From: an uncultured Haloferula sp. | GTDB taxonomy: Bacteria > Verrucomicrobiota > Verrucomicrobiia > Verrucomicrobiales > Akkermansiaceae | Assembly: GCA_965652295.1 (NCBI GenBank) | Contig: CBFGTS010000019.1 | Span: forward strand, 1-64,000 | DNA length: 64,000 nt | Direction: 5' to 3' | Part shown: piece by piece, positions 51,286 to 60,402 of the stretch | Numbering within the stretch: the first letter of the stretch is position 1 | Layout of the letters: every line of letters begins with the position of its first letter | The notes under the pieces: generated by a model | The model's database searches: none | The model's input: the letters and a program-made list of their open reading frames with translations, nothing else | What the model was told of the DNA's origin: nothing | Position numbers and translations under genes: made by a program

Positions 51286-52664
51286 GCCGCGCGATGTCCC
51301 TGACGACCGATCCGATTCCGCGGCTGATTTGGCGGATCGCCCTGCCGATGAGCATCGGCATGTTTTTCAACACGATGTTCAACGTCGTGGACACGCTCTG
51401 CGCCGGCTGGCTCGGCACCGAGGCCTTGGCGGCGTTGTCCCTTTCGTTTCCCGTGTTTTTCGTGGTCATGGCCACCGGCAGCGGCCTCAGCCAGGGCACC
51501 ACGGCGTTGATGGCGAACTACCTCGGTGGCGGACGCGGCGATGAGGCGCGCCACGTTTTCGCCCAGTCGCTGCTGCTCTCCCTGGGGGCCGGAGTCGTGC
51601 TCTCGGCGGTGGGTCTCGCGGTTTCCCCCGCGGTTTTCCGCCTGCTCGGTGCGGAGGGCGGATATCTGGAAACGGTGCTGGCCTACATGCGGCCGATCCT
51701 CATCGGCAGCGTGTTCATCCTGTTGCCGATGGCCCTGAACGCCGCGCTGATGGCTTCCGGCGAGACGCGGCATTTCCGCAATTTCCTCATCGGCGGCTTC
51801 GTCGCGAACTGTGCGCTGAACCCCGTGCTGATGTGGGGTCTCGGTCCGTTTCCCGAAATGGGAGTGGGCGGGTTGGCGCTTTCCACCGTGCTGATTCAGG
51901 TCGGCGGCGTGGCGTTTCTCGGTTGGCAGGCGTGGAAATCTCCGGCCGGTGACGGCTTGCGGGTTCACCATTTCAAGCCGGATCCCGCCGTGCTCCGAGC
52001 CATCGCCGGGCAAGGGGTGCCCGCGGCCCTGAATATGCTGACGATCGCGCTCGGAATCTTTGTGATCACCTGGTTCGTGCAGCGCTTTGGCAAGGACGCC
52101 GTGGCGGCGATCGGAGTCGCCACCCGGATCGAGCAGATCGTGCTGCTACCCACGCTCGGTCTGAACTCGGCGGTCCTGAGCATCGTCGGCCAGAGCCACG
52201 GGGCTGGCCTGCCACAACGGGTGCGCGAGACGTGGCTGACGGCCGTCAAGGCCGGGGCCGTGCTCATGCTCGCGTGTGGCGCGCTGGTCTGGTTGCTGCG
52301 CGAGCCTGCGATGCGGCTCTTCACCCCGGATGAAACCGTGATCGGCCACGGCTCCGACTATCTCCTCACCTCGGCCGTCACTCTGGCGGCTTATCCGACC
52401 ATCTTCATTACCGTCTTCGCCATGCAGGGGGTGAAGCGCCCGGGATACGGCCTATGGCTCGGGCTTTACCGCCAGCTTTTAGCTCCCGTGCTGGTCTTTC
52501 ACGCCCTCGCCTTCGGCCTCGGTTGGGGTCTCTGGGGCGTGTGGTGGGGCATCACCTTCGTCACCTGGAGCGCAGCGCTGTTCTCGATCTACTGGGGATG
52601 GCGTAGGTTTCAGGGGCCGGACCCTGATCGCCGGACGGGCCGGGATCGGCCGGATTCCCGTTGA
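51282..52664 (+). CDS. MATE-family efflux transporter
   Basis: IWRIALPMSIGM, NVVDT, ANCALNPVL, IVGQSHGAG; about 12 TM. Confidence 0.92.
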   Translation: MSRAMSLTTDPIPRLIWRIALPMSIGMFFNTMFNVVDTLCAGWLGTEALAALSLSFPVFFVVMATGSGLSQGTTALMANYLGGGRGDEARHVFAQSLLLSLGAGVVLSAVGLAVSPAVFRLLGAEGGYLETVLAYMRPILIGSVFILLPMALNAALMASGETRHFRNFLIGGFVANCALNPVLMWGLGPFPEMGVGGLALSTVLIQVGGVAFLGWQAWKSPAGDGLRVHHFKPDPAVLRAIAGQGVPAALNMLTIALGIFVITWFVQRFGKDAVAAIGVATRIEQIVLLPTLGLNSAVLSIVGQSHGAGLPQRVRETWLTAVKAGAVLMLACGALVWLLREPAMRLFTPDETVIGHGSDYLLTSAVTLAAYPTIFITVFAMQGVKRPGYGLWLGLYRQLLAPVLVFHALAFGLGWGLWGVWWGITFVTWSAALFSIYWGWRRFQGPDPDRRTGRDRPDSR

Positions 52665-52746
52665 AGCGGTCTGGAGGTCCCGCGTCATCGTCAGTTCGGC
52701 GGGTTTCTCCTTGTGACCCATCTAAGAAGACGGGACTTTCCGACTC

Positions 52747-53444
52747 ATGCGTCATCCGGTGATCGTTACCGTTGCGGTCGGACTTCTCGCCTTTGCCGCG
52801 GGCTATTCGGTGGCGAAGCCAATCCGGTTTCCTCAAACCCAGACAGCAACTCTCCCCGTCCCGCTTCCCAGCGGCAGGCGGAGCATCGCAACGACGGTGG
52901 AAAGATAGTTGAGCGAGCCGCCACCACGGAGGAGCGGCATTTTCAGGTTTCCACGCGGCAGCTGGAAGCCATCCTCGAAATGGGAATGTCGGATCCGGTG
53001 GCGTATCTCGATGAGATGGGCCTGACGCAGGATCAGATCCGGCAACTTGGTTCGAACGAACTCTGGCAGCGGATGGAGGCAGAGAGCCAGGCGCTGCGGC
53101 TCAAGCATGCCAGCCGATCGGAGGACTCGGAAGGACTTTGCATCGAGATCTCCCCGTATGTGGGCGAGCGTCTCCAATGGCTTCAGAAGGTCGAGAGCGA
53201 GGTTCGAAACATCGTTGATGATGAAAGAACCCCGATCATTGCCCGCGCTCTCGTCGCGCGAAGTGGCCATCTTCAGCGGGGCCTCCTACCCCAGAAGATC
53301 CGTTTCAGGGAGCATTCCGGCGAGCCCTACTTGAGCGAAATCATGCTCGGAACCGATGGCAGCGTCTTCAGGGAAGATGTTCACCGGGTTACTGACGCCG
53401 ACCGACGCGATTGGGGGCACTTGCTTGAGCTTCCCGCGGAGTAG
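52747..53444 (+). pseudogene. Frameshifted secreted hypothetical protein
   Basis: ATG 52747 gives signal peptide MRHPVIVTVAVGLLAFAAGYSVA but stops at 52906-52908; the globular body is in the 52713-53444 frame. Confidence 0.55.
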
Positions 53445-53513
53445 CTCCCTCACCCGAAAGGATCACAGGGTTTTGACTGACTGGGGAATCGTCCGGCAGG
53501 TAGCTTGCACGGG

Positions 53514-55064
53514 ATGAAACGCATGCCCTTGCTCTTTCTGCTCCTTTCCGGACTCGCCACGGCTGCGCCGCGAAAGCCGGACCTGCTGGTGATCCTCGCC
53601 GACGACCTCGGATGGTCGGATCTCGGCTGTTACGGCGGTGAGATCGAGACCCCGGCGATCGACTCACTCGCTTCGAACGGCCTCCGCTTCCGGCAGTTCT
53701 ACAATGGCGCACGCTGCTGCCCCACCCGCGCCTCGCTGCTGACCGGACTCTACCCCCATCAGGCGGGCATGGGTGGAATGGTCGATTCCGGCGACGGCAA
53801 ACCTGGTCCCTACCAAGGCTATCTCAACGACCGCTGCGTGACCCTTGCCGAGGCGCTGCGACCCGCCGGCTACCGGACGCTGCACGCGGGGAAATGGCAT
53901 GTCGGTGAAAAACGGCCGAACTGGCCGGTGGACCGGGGATTCGACCGTTTCTACGGCCTGATCTCCGGCGCGATGAACTACTACGATATCCGTAAAGGCA
54001 AGAAGCCCGGCATCCACCGCGTGTTCGCCATTGATGGCGAGGAACACCTGCCCGAGTCCGGTCCGGAATTCTATGCCACCGACGCTTTCACCGACCACGC
54101 CCTGCGGATGCTCGACGAAACACCGGAAGAGCAGCCGTTTTGCCTCTATCTCGCCTACACCGCCCCGCACTGGCCGCTGCATGCGCCGGAGGAGCTGATC
54201 CGGAAATACGAGCCGGTCTATCGCAGCGGTTGGGACGGCGTCCGCAAGGAGCGGCATCGGCGACTCATCGAGCTGGGGCTTCTACCGGAGGGCACGCCGC
54301 TCACCCCGGGCGAGCAGGAAGACTGGGATGCGCTGGACGAGGAACAGAAGCACGAGATGGCGCGCAAGCTCGCGACCCACGCCGCCATGGTGGAGCGGAT
54401 GGATTGGAACATCGGCCGTGTCCTCGGCCGCCTCCGCGCCCTGGACCGCCTCGACAACACGCTGGTCGTCTTCCTTTCCGACAACGGCGCCTCCGCCGAG
54501 GAAGGTGCGCTCGGCCAGAATTTCCGACCGGATCTCGACGGTCCGATCGGCAGCGTCAATTCCTACCAGAGCTTTGGTCGCTCCGGCGCGAGCGTGAGCA
54601 ATACCCCGCTGCGCAAATTCAAGAAACACACCCAGGAGGGCGGCATCCGCACTCCGTTCATCGTGCACTGGCCGGAGGGCCTGAAAAGCAAAGCCGGAAG
54701 CTTCACCAACGCCGTCGGCCACGTCATCGACCTGATGCCGACCTTCTGCGAGGCCGCCGGGGCGGAGTACCCGGAAACCGTCAATGGCCGGTCCATCCGA
54801 CCGATGGAAGGACGCTCCCTGATGCCCGTGTTTGAGACCGGTAACGGAAAACCCCGGAAACTGGGGTGGGAACACATGGGCCACGCTGCTTGGCGGGATG
54901 GAGACATGAAGCTGGTGCGCCCCGAAGCGGACGCGCCTTGGGAACTCTACGATCTCGCGAAGGATCCGCTCGAACTGCGTGATCTGGCCGAGGACCAGCC
55001 GGACCGAGTGAAGGCGTTGTCGCGAGCCTGGGCCGAGTGGGCCGGACGTGTCGGAGCGGGATGA
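53514..55064 (+). CDS. Arylsulfatase (S1 formylglycine-dependent sulfatase)
   Basis: ILADDLGWSD, CCPTRASLLTG, GKWHVG, APHWP, SDNG, WELYDLAKDP. Confidence 0.95.
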   Translation: MKRMPLLFLLLSGLATAAPRKPDLLVILADDLGWSDLGCYGGEIETPAIDSLASNGLRFRQFYNGARCCPTRASLLTGLYPHQAGMGGMVDSGDGKPGPYQGYLNDRCVTLAEALRPAGYRTLHAGKWHVGEKRPNWPVDRGFDRFYGLISGAMNYYDIRKGKKPGIHRVFAIDGEEHLPESGPEFYATDAFTDHALRMLDETPEEQPFCLYLAYTAPHWPLHAPEELIRKYEPVYRSGWDGVRKERHRRLIELGLLPEGTPLTPGEQEDWDALDEEQKHEMARKLATHAAMVERMDWNIGRVLGRLRALDRLDNTLVVFLSDNGASAEEGALGQNFRPDLDGPIGSVNSYQSFGRSGASVSNTPLRKFKKHTQEGGIRTPFIVHWPEGLKSKAGSFTNAVGHVIDLMPTFCEAAGAEYPETVNGRSIRPMEGRSLMPVFETGNGKPRKLGWEHMGHAAWRDGDMKLVRPEADAPWELYDLAKDPLELRDLAEDQPDRVKALSRAWAEWAGRVGAG

Positions 55065-55162
55065 CGCCCGAAACACACGCCGTCGGGCTTTGAAGTGTTG
55101 CCGGCATTCGTTAACTTTCGTTAATCGTCTGCCCGGGCATCAGCACCGGTGCCTCTGACATC

Positions 55163-56476
55163 GTGAAACCTTCCCCGATTTCCTTCCTCCTCCTGCCATG
55201 GCTGGCCGCCGCGGCGGAGCCCCATCACGCGGACGACGCCCACCACCACGTCCACCCGGCCGAGACGGGAGGAAGCCCGCATCACCCGCACCTCGATTTC
55301 AAGGAAGAGGCCGATGCCTGGTTCCACTTCCATCCCCACCTGTCGGCGGCCGTTGCCTTCGGCGGATCGACTTCGGAGAAAAACCTGGCTCTCACCCGTG
55401 GTGCTCACGCCCCCGTCGACGATGGCTTCAACCTCCAAGGCATCGAGGTCGGTGCCGTGACCGAGTTCGGCCGCGCGCTCTCGCTCCACACCCACTACAA
55501 CCTCTTCTGGGATCGCTACGACCACTGGGACGGCGAGCTGGAGGAAGCCTTCTTCGCGCTTTCCATGCCCGGCGGCGTATCATGGCGGGCCGGACAGTTT
55601 TTCACTCCGATCGGCCATGAGAACACCCTTCACCTGCACGATCGCGATTTCGTCGAGCCGCCCATCTCCTTGATCCGCCTGCTGGGTGAGGAAGGTCTCG
55701 TCACCCAGGGGGCCGACCTCGCCTTCCACCTCGACGGTCCGGGGGAACGGACGATCCTCCGCTTCGGCTACGGCAACTCCCGTAGCCACAGCCACGGAGA
55801 CGTCCGCGAAGCGCGGCGCGACGCCTATTTTGAGGCGCTCGAACACGCCGCCGAGGAGGACCATGAGGAAGAGGAAGACCACGAGCACGAGGAAGAAGAG
55901 CACCACCATTCGCACGGCTTGGCCGGTGGAGGTGGCGTTTACGATCCCGACGCCTCCTACCTCAGTGACGGTTATTTCTTCACCCGTCTCGAAAGCGACC
56001 TATCCGGTTTGCCCTTCAACCAGGCCGGTGTTTCCGCGGCCATCGGTGAAAACGGCTTTGGCCGCACGACTTGGCTGATCGCCTGCGATCTCTACGGGGA
56101 TTTCGAAATGCTCGGCCGTCCCGCCTGGTGGCGCAGCGAGGCGTGGTATCGGAACGTGGCCGCCTATGATGCCGCGGGAGGAGCGGGTGAGTTCGATGAG
56201 ACCGGCATCTACGCTTCGCTTGGGCTGGAGTTTGTCGAGGACTGGACCGCCGCCGCCCGCCTCGAGTGGGCCTCGGGCAACCGCCTCGTCGGCAACGAAC
56301 GCCGCATCCGCGCCAGCGCCAACGTCGGTCATCGGTTCGGACTCGCCCAGGCCGCCGACCTCCACACCCGCTTGCAGTATTCCTTCGACGATCTCGGCGG
56401 CTACGGCACCGAACATTCGGTATGGCTCCAGGTCGTGCTGAACCTCGGAGCGGCGGAGCACGGCCACGATCATTGA
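55163..56476 (+). CDS. His-rich outer-membrane beta-barrel protein, probably Zn/Ni/Co uptake related
   Basis: Signal peptide; GFNLQGIEV, LEEAF, AGQFFTPIGHENTLHLHD; His/Glu-rich loop; ends LGAAEHGHDH. Confidence 0.7.
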   Translation: MKPSPISFLLLPWLAAAAEPHHADDAHHHVHPAETGGSPHHPHLDFKEEADAWFHFHPHLSAAVAFGGSTSEKNLALTRGAHAPVDDGFNLQGIEVGAVTEFGRALSLHTHYNLFWDRYDHWDGELEEAFFALSMPGGVSWRAGQFFTPIGHENTLHLHDRDFVEPPISLIRLLGEEGLVTQGADLAFHLDGPGERTILRFGYGNSRSHSHGDVREARRDAYFEALEHAAEEDHEEEEDHEHEEEEHHHSHGLAGGGGVYDPDASYLSDGYFFTRLESDLSGLPFNQAGVSAAIGENGFGRTTWLIACDLYGDFEMLGRPAWWRSEAWYRNVAAYDAAGGAGEFDETGIYASLGLEFVEDWTAAARLEWASGNRLVGNERRIRASANVGHRFGLAQAADLHTRLQYSFDDLGGYGTEHSVWLQVVLNLGAAEHGHDH

Positions 56477-56542
56477 GACGAACGAGCGGATGCCGGAAGC
56501 TACCGACATCCGCCCTGCACCACGAATCGTACCCTGGAAAAC

Positions 56543-59173
56543 CTATTCGCTCAGGGTGACGCGATAGAATGCCTTGCCGTCGAGAGGCTCGGGGTCGGTC
56601 CACGTCCCGGCCGATCCATCCGCCGTCACGGTTCCGACCTCTTCCCAAGCCGCCAGATTCTCGCTGCGTTCGATCACGAATGTGAGTCCGTCTGCTGCCG
56701 GAAATCCGATTTCGTGAGCAGCCGAGATCGTGGCCGCGAACCTGGAAGAGGGATCGGAGGGAATCAGCCCGAGCAGGAACTCGGCACGATTGCTCGTCAG
56801 GTCTCCATCGAAGTCTGCCGAAGGCACCTCATCGAGAGAGCCGAAATAGGTCATCTCCCATTCGTCGGGAAGACCATCGCCATCCGAATCTCCCTCCACC
56901 ACTCCGGCGGCGAGAAACATTGTGGACTCGATGACCTCGGGCACGATCCGGACTTCATCGATGGATCCACCGAAAGGATCGGCATCGGCGCCATTCCATT
57001 TCCCAAGACCGATGACCCACGGCGCGACGATCCCGGAGTAGTCGTAGAACGCCCCGGAAATGACGACGCTTCCTTCCGGCACGTAGCTGGCATCCCCGGG
57101 TGCCTTCACCCACAGCTTCAGCTCGGTGGCGGAAGCCGTGACAGCCACCGAATACCACTCCCCTGCGGTCAGCGGCCGGTTGCCGATGATCTCCCGTGCG
57201 ACACCGGATCCATCCACCATGCCCGTGCTGAGATAGCCGTCAGGCCGGAGCTTGATCGCGAACGGCGGCTGACCTCCCACCGGGTTGCCGTTTTTCCCGA
57301 TCACCACCTGCCAGAGACCCAGAGCATCCGCCTTGAATGAAGCCTCGATCGTGAACTCTTCGAAGACATAGGAATTCAGCATCACTCCAGAAGAGGTGTA
57401 GATGTTATCCGTCACGAAGAGGTTTCCTCCATCTCTGGTGAAGGCGAGAGAGGCGGTATTCGTGTCTCCGCTCAGGGGGACGGTGGGAAACGGGAGGTCG
57501 GTTTGATAGACGGGTGAGGTGTAGTCGCGCCAGGTCATCATGTGGTTTCCCACGCCCGATGAGTCGAGCACGGTGTTGGGCTGGTTTCCACCGCTGTTGT
57601 CACCCACGGGGACGAGGCCCTCGGTGCGCTCCTCGAATCGCCAGTAGGCGAGGGCCGCGGGGTGGGAGTCCTCGTCCTGAGGGTTGGTTCCCGCACCGTA
57701 CTCGGCACTGTTGGGATAGCCATCGGCATCCGGATCGTCCCCGCCGGCGTACTTCGCGATGATCACTTCGAGCGACTCGCCCGGCATGCCGAACCACTTC
57801 ACTTCCCAACCGTCCGGCAGGCCATCGCCCGCGCCGGAATCGTCATCGTCGGGAGAGGAAATTTGATCCGTGGGGTCGGTCTCTGCGAAGAACTCCTCCT
57901 CATTGTCATAGAGATCGCCGTCGGTATCTTCGTCCGGATCACACAAATTGATTGCCTCGAAGTAGAATACTTCCCAGCCGTCATTGATCCCGTCGGAATC
58001 CTCGTCAGGATAACTGAACATGCTTGTGGGATCCGAAAACGCGGCGTATTCCGATTCGTTCGAGTTGTAATCATTGTCAGGATCGCCCTCCGCGGTTTCG
58101 TCCAGATCAAAAAAATACGCGAGTTCCCAGCCGTCGTTCAGCCCATCGGAGTCGTCGTCCGGATAGGAATCCTCGTCGTCCGGATCCGAGCCCGCCTGAT
58201 ATTCCATCAGGTTGGAGGCGAAGTCGAAATCCGCGTCGCCGCTGGGAAGCTCGTCGAGATTTCCGAAGTTCGCCATCTCCCACGCGTCCGGCAGGCCGTC
58301 TTTGTCGGAATCCCCGGTGATCACCGTGAGCACGCCCGTCCGTTCGTCGAACTGATAATCGCCTGCCGACGAGGTCCAGAACCCATCGACTTCCGTGAAT
58401 CCGGTGATTTGGAAGGTTTCTCTGAAAGACGCGGAGAGAGTCGCGAGGTCGACCAGCACCCAGCTGTCCCCGATGACGGTCGAGGCGGCCGAGAGATCGA
58501 GTTCAAAGGTTCCATCGAAGACCGCGGTGCCCGTGCCCAGGATGCCTTGGTTCACGCCGGGTGCTCCGCATGCGAATGTCATCGTCGCTGTTTCCGCCAG
58601 GGCCAGGGCTCCATTTGGACCGACCATCACGTTGCCATCCAGCATCACTGCCCCGGCAAAAGTGGTGAGGTATCCATTGCCCCCGGAGGAAAGGACCGTG
58701 AGCCCGCCCGCGCCGGAGATTTCCGACAGGATGGTCACCGGTCCCTGGCGGGCGTCCACCGTGGAATCCGCCGGGACATTCACCGTCCCATCGAGCGTGA
58801 ACACGTCCGCAAAGCCACTCGCATGGTCGATCAGTCCGCCGTCGAGAATCAGCGGATCGAACGTGATCACACCGGTGTTTCCGGTGCCCTTGAAGAGCAT
58901 TCCGCCGCCGCTTTGCAGCGTGAGCGAGTCTCCGGCAAAAACATGGCTGGCCCCATCCGGAGGCGTCCGCAGGCTCAGGATGGCGACGAAGTAATCATTC
59001 CCCGGCGAGGGTGCCGCCGAGGGAAGCCAGTTCCCGGCGGTGTCGAAGGAACTCGAGCCAATGGTGTCACCGGCGTTGAGGTTCACGGTTTCCGCACCGG
59101 CAGGAGCGGCAAGCAGGAGACCGGGCACCAGCCACCGGCAGCCTTTTGAAAGCAAAGTTGAGACATTCATCAT
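56543..59173 (-). CDS. Large secreted protein: beta-helix-like N-terminus, Asp-rich Ca-binding (DxDxDG) repeats, LamG domain, C-terminal ...FYRV domain
   Basis: Repeated DSDxDGLPDxWExxYF...DxDxD..N..EY.AGTDP units; AYWRFEE...GEWYSVAVT...FGGSIDEVRI. Confidence 0.82.
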   Translation of the reverse strand: MMNVSTLLSKGCRWLVPGLLLAAPAGAETVNLNAGDTIGSSSFDTAGNWLPSAAPSPGNDYFVAILSLRTPPDGASHVFAGDSLTLQSGGGMLFKGTGNTGVITFDPLILDGGLIDHASGFADVFTLDGTVNVPADSTVDARQGPVTILSEISGAGGLTVLSSGGNGYLTTFAGAVMLDGNVMVGPNGALALAETATMTFACGAPGVNQGILGTGTAVFDGTFELDLSAASTVIGDSWVLVDLATLSASFRETFQITGFTEVDGFWTSSAGDYQFDERTGVLTVITGDSDKDGLPDAWEMANFGNLDELPSGDADFDFASNLMEYQAGSDPDDEDSYPDDDSDGLNDGWELAYFFDLDETAEGDPDNDYNSNESEYAAFSDPTSMFSYPDEDSDGINDGWEVFYFEAINLCDPDEDTDGDLYDNEEEFFAETDPTDQISSPDDDDSGAGDGLPDGWEVKWFGMPGESLEVIIAKYAGGDDPDADGYPNSAEYGAGTNPQDEDSHPAALAYWRFEERTEGLVPVGDNSGGNQPNTVLDSSGVGNHMMTWRDYTSPVYQTDLPFPTVPLSGDTNTASLAFTRDGGNLFVTDNIYTSSGVMLNSYVFEEFTIEASFKADALGLWQVVIGKNGNPVGGQPPFAIKLRPDGYLSTGMVDGSGVAREIIGNRPLTAGEWYSVAVTASATELKLWVKAPGDASYVPEGSVVISGAFYDYSGIVAPWVIGLGKWNGADADPFGGSIDEVRIVPEVIESTMFLAAGVVEGDSDGDGLPDEWEMTYFGSLDEVPSADFDGDLTSNRAEFLLGLIPSDPSSRFAATISAAHEIGFPAADGLTFVIERSENLAAWEEVGTVTADGSAGTWTDPEPLDGKAFYRVTLSE

Positions 59174-59431
59174 GCCACGGGCAAGCATGGCGGGTGCCCG
59201 CAAACCCGGCGGAATCCAGCAGGATTCCACGTCGCGAGGAAAGTGGTGGAGCGATTGGCGGATTCCCGGGAGCAGGCTGGAGAATCCGCCGGTTTTCTTC
59301 TCACCGCATGAGCGCCCGCGGGAAGTGCGGGAGAGGCGGATGAAAACTTCTCATCGGGGGCGCAGCGGCGTTTGAAGCCGGGAGAATGCCGGGCCCCGAT
59401 CTACTAGGTTTCCAGCAGCCCTGTGCCGCTA

Positions 59432-60385
59432 CTACTCCGCCGGCTCGATGCCTTCCGTCGTTTGCACGATGCGCTTGAGGTGGCCGTCCGGCTCGTATTG
59501 GAGTTCCTCGATGCACACGGATCGACGGAAGCTGCCACCGGTGTTCGGGTGCTGCATCGCGCCGTTGTGGTAGAAGAAGTAGTCCTTCCCTTTGAACTCG
59601 ATGATCCCTTGGTGGATCGTATTGCTGTTGCCCGCGACCTCGGCAAGCAGGCCAACATGCTTCCACGGGCCTTCAAGGCTCTTCGATACCGAGTAGGCAC
59701 ACTTCTCCGGGAAGCCGGTGGCGTAGCTGAGGTAATAGAGGTCGCCCTTTTTGTGAATCCACGGCGCTTCGGTGAAGCCCCTCACTTCCTCGTCCGGGAT
59801 GACATGAATTTCCCCTTCGAGCTCGATCATGTTGTCCTTGAGCTTCGCCCAGTAGCACTTCTGGTTTCCCCAGAAAAGCCAGGCCTGATCATCGTCGTCG
59901 ATCCACACGGTAGGGTCGATGTCGTCCCAGCTGATCTTCGTGGCCGTGGTCATGTCATTGGTGACGAGGGCCTTGCCGATCGCGTCTTTGAACGGCCCGG
60001 TCGGGTTGTCCGCCACCGCCACGCCGATCGCCTTTCCGTGGTGCTTACCGTCGTGCTGGACGGTGGCAAAGAAGTAATACTTCCCGCCGCGTTCGATCAC
60101 CTGTGAAGCCCAAGCGTCGCCCACCGCCCACTTGAAATCGGTCGGCTTCAAAGGCGATCCCTCGTTCTTCCAGGTCACGAGGTCCTTCGAGGAGAAGCAC
60201 AACCAGCGGAACATCCGGTAGTTCTCGTTCTCCTTCGCCTCGTCCTGACCGCAGTAGAGATAGACGGTATCGCCGACCACCAGCGGCGCGGGATCGGCGG
60301 TGAAGACTTCGGTGATCACAGGGTTCCCCGCTTGGGCGGCGGATGCGAGCAGGCAGGAAACGAGAACGAGAACCTGGTGTTTCAT
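59432..60385 (-). CDS. Secreted GH43 glycoside hydrolase (xylosidase/arabinofuranosidase type)
   Basis: FTADPAP, AWASQ, DIDPTV, FTEAPW, TIHQG. Confidence 0.9.
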   Translation of the reverse strand: MKHQVLVLVSCLLASAAQAGNPVITEVFTADPAPLVVGDTVYLYCGQDEAKENENYRMFRWLCFSSKDLVTWKNEGSPLKPTDFKWAVGDAWASQVIERGGKYYFFATVQHDGKHHGKAIGVAVADNPTGPFKDAIGKALVTNDMTTATKISWDDIDPTVWIDDDDQAWLFWGNQKCYWAKLKDNMIELEGEIHVIPDEEVRGFTEAPWIHKKGDLYYLSYATGFPEKCAYSVSKSLEGPWKHVGLLAEVAGNSNTIHQGIIEFKGKDYFFYHNGAMQHPNTGGSFRRSVCIEELQYEPDGHLKRIVQTTEGIEPAE

Positions 60386-60402
60386 GGGTTCAAGGAATGG
60401 AA

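Noticed and set aside
57640..58320. Periodic DNA repeats suggestive of an array
   Set aside because: They encode Asp-rich protein repeats inside a CDS; degenerate, with no spacer structure or cas genes, so not CRISPR
59211..59290. Inverted repeats GGAATCC/GGATTCC and GGCGGATTC/GAATCCGCC upstream of the LamG protein
   Set aside because: Could be regulatory, but there is no cognate regulator or second occurrence to support it
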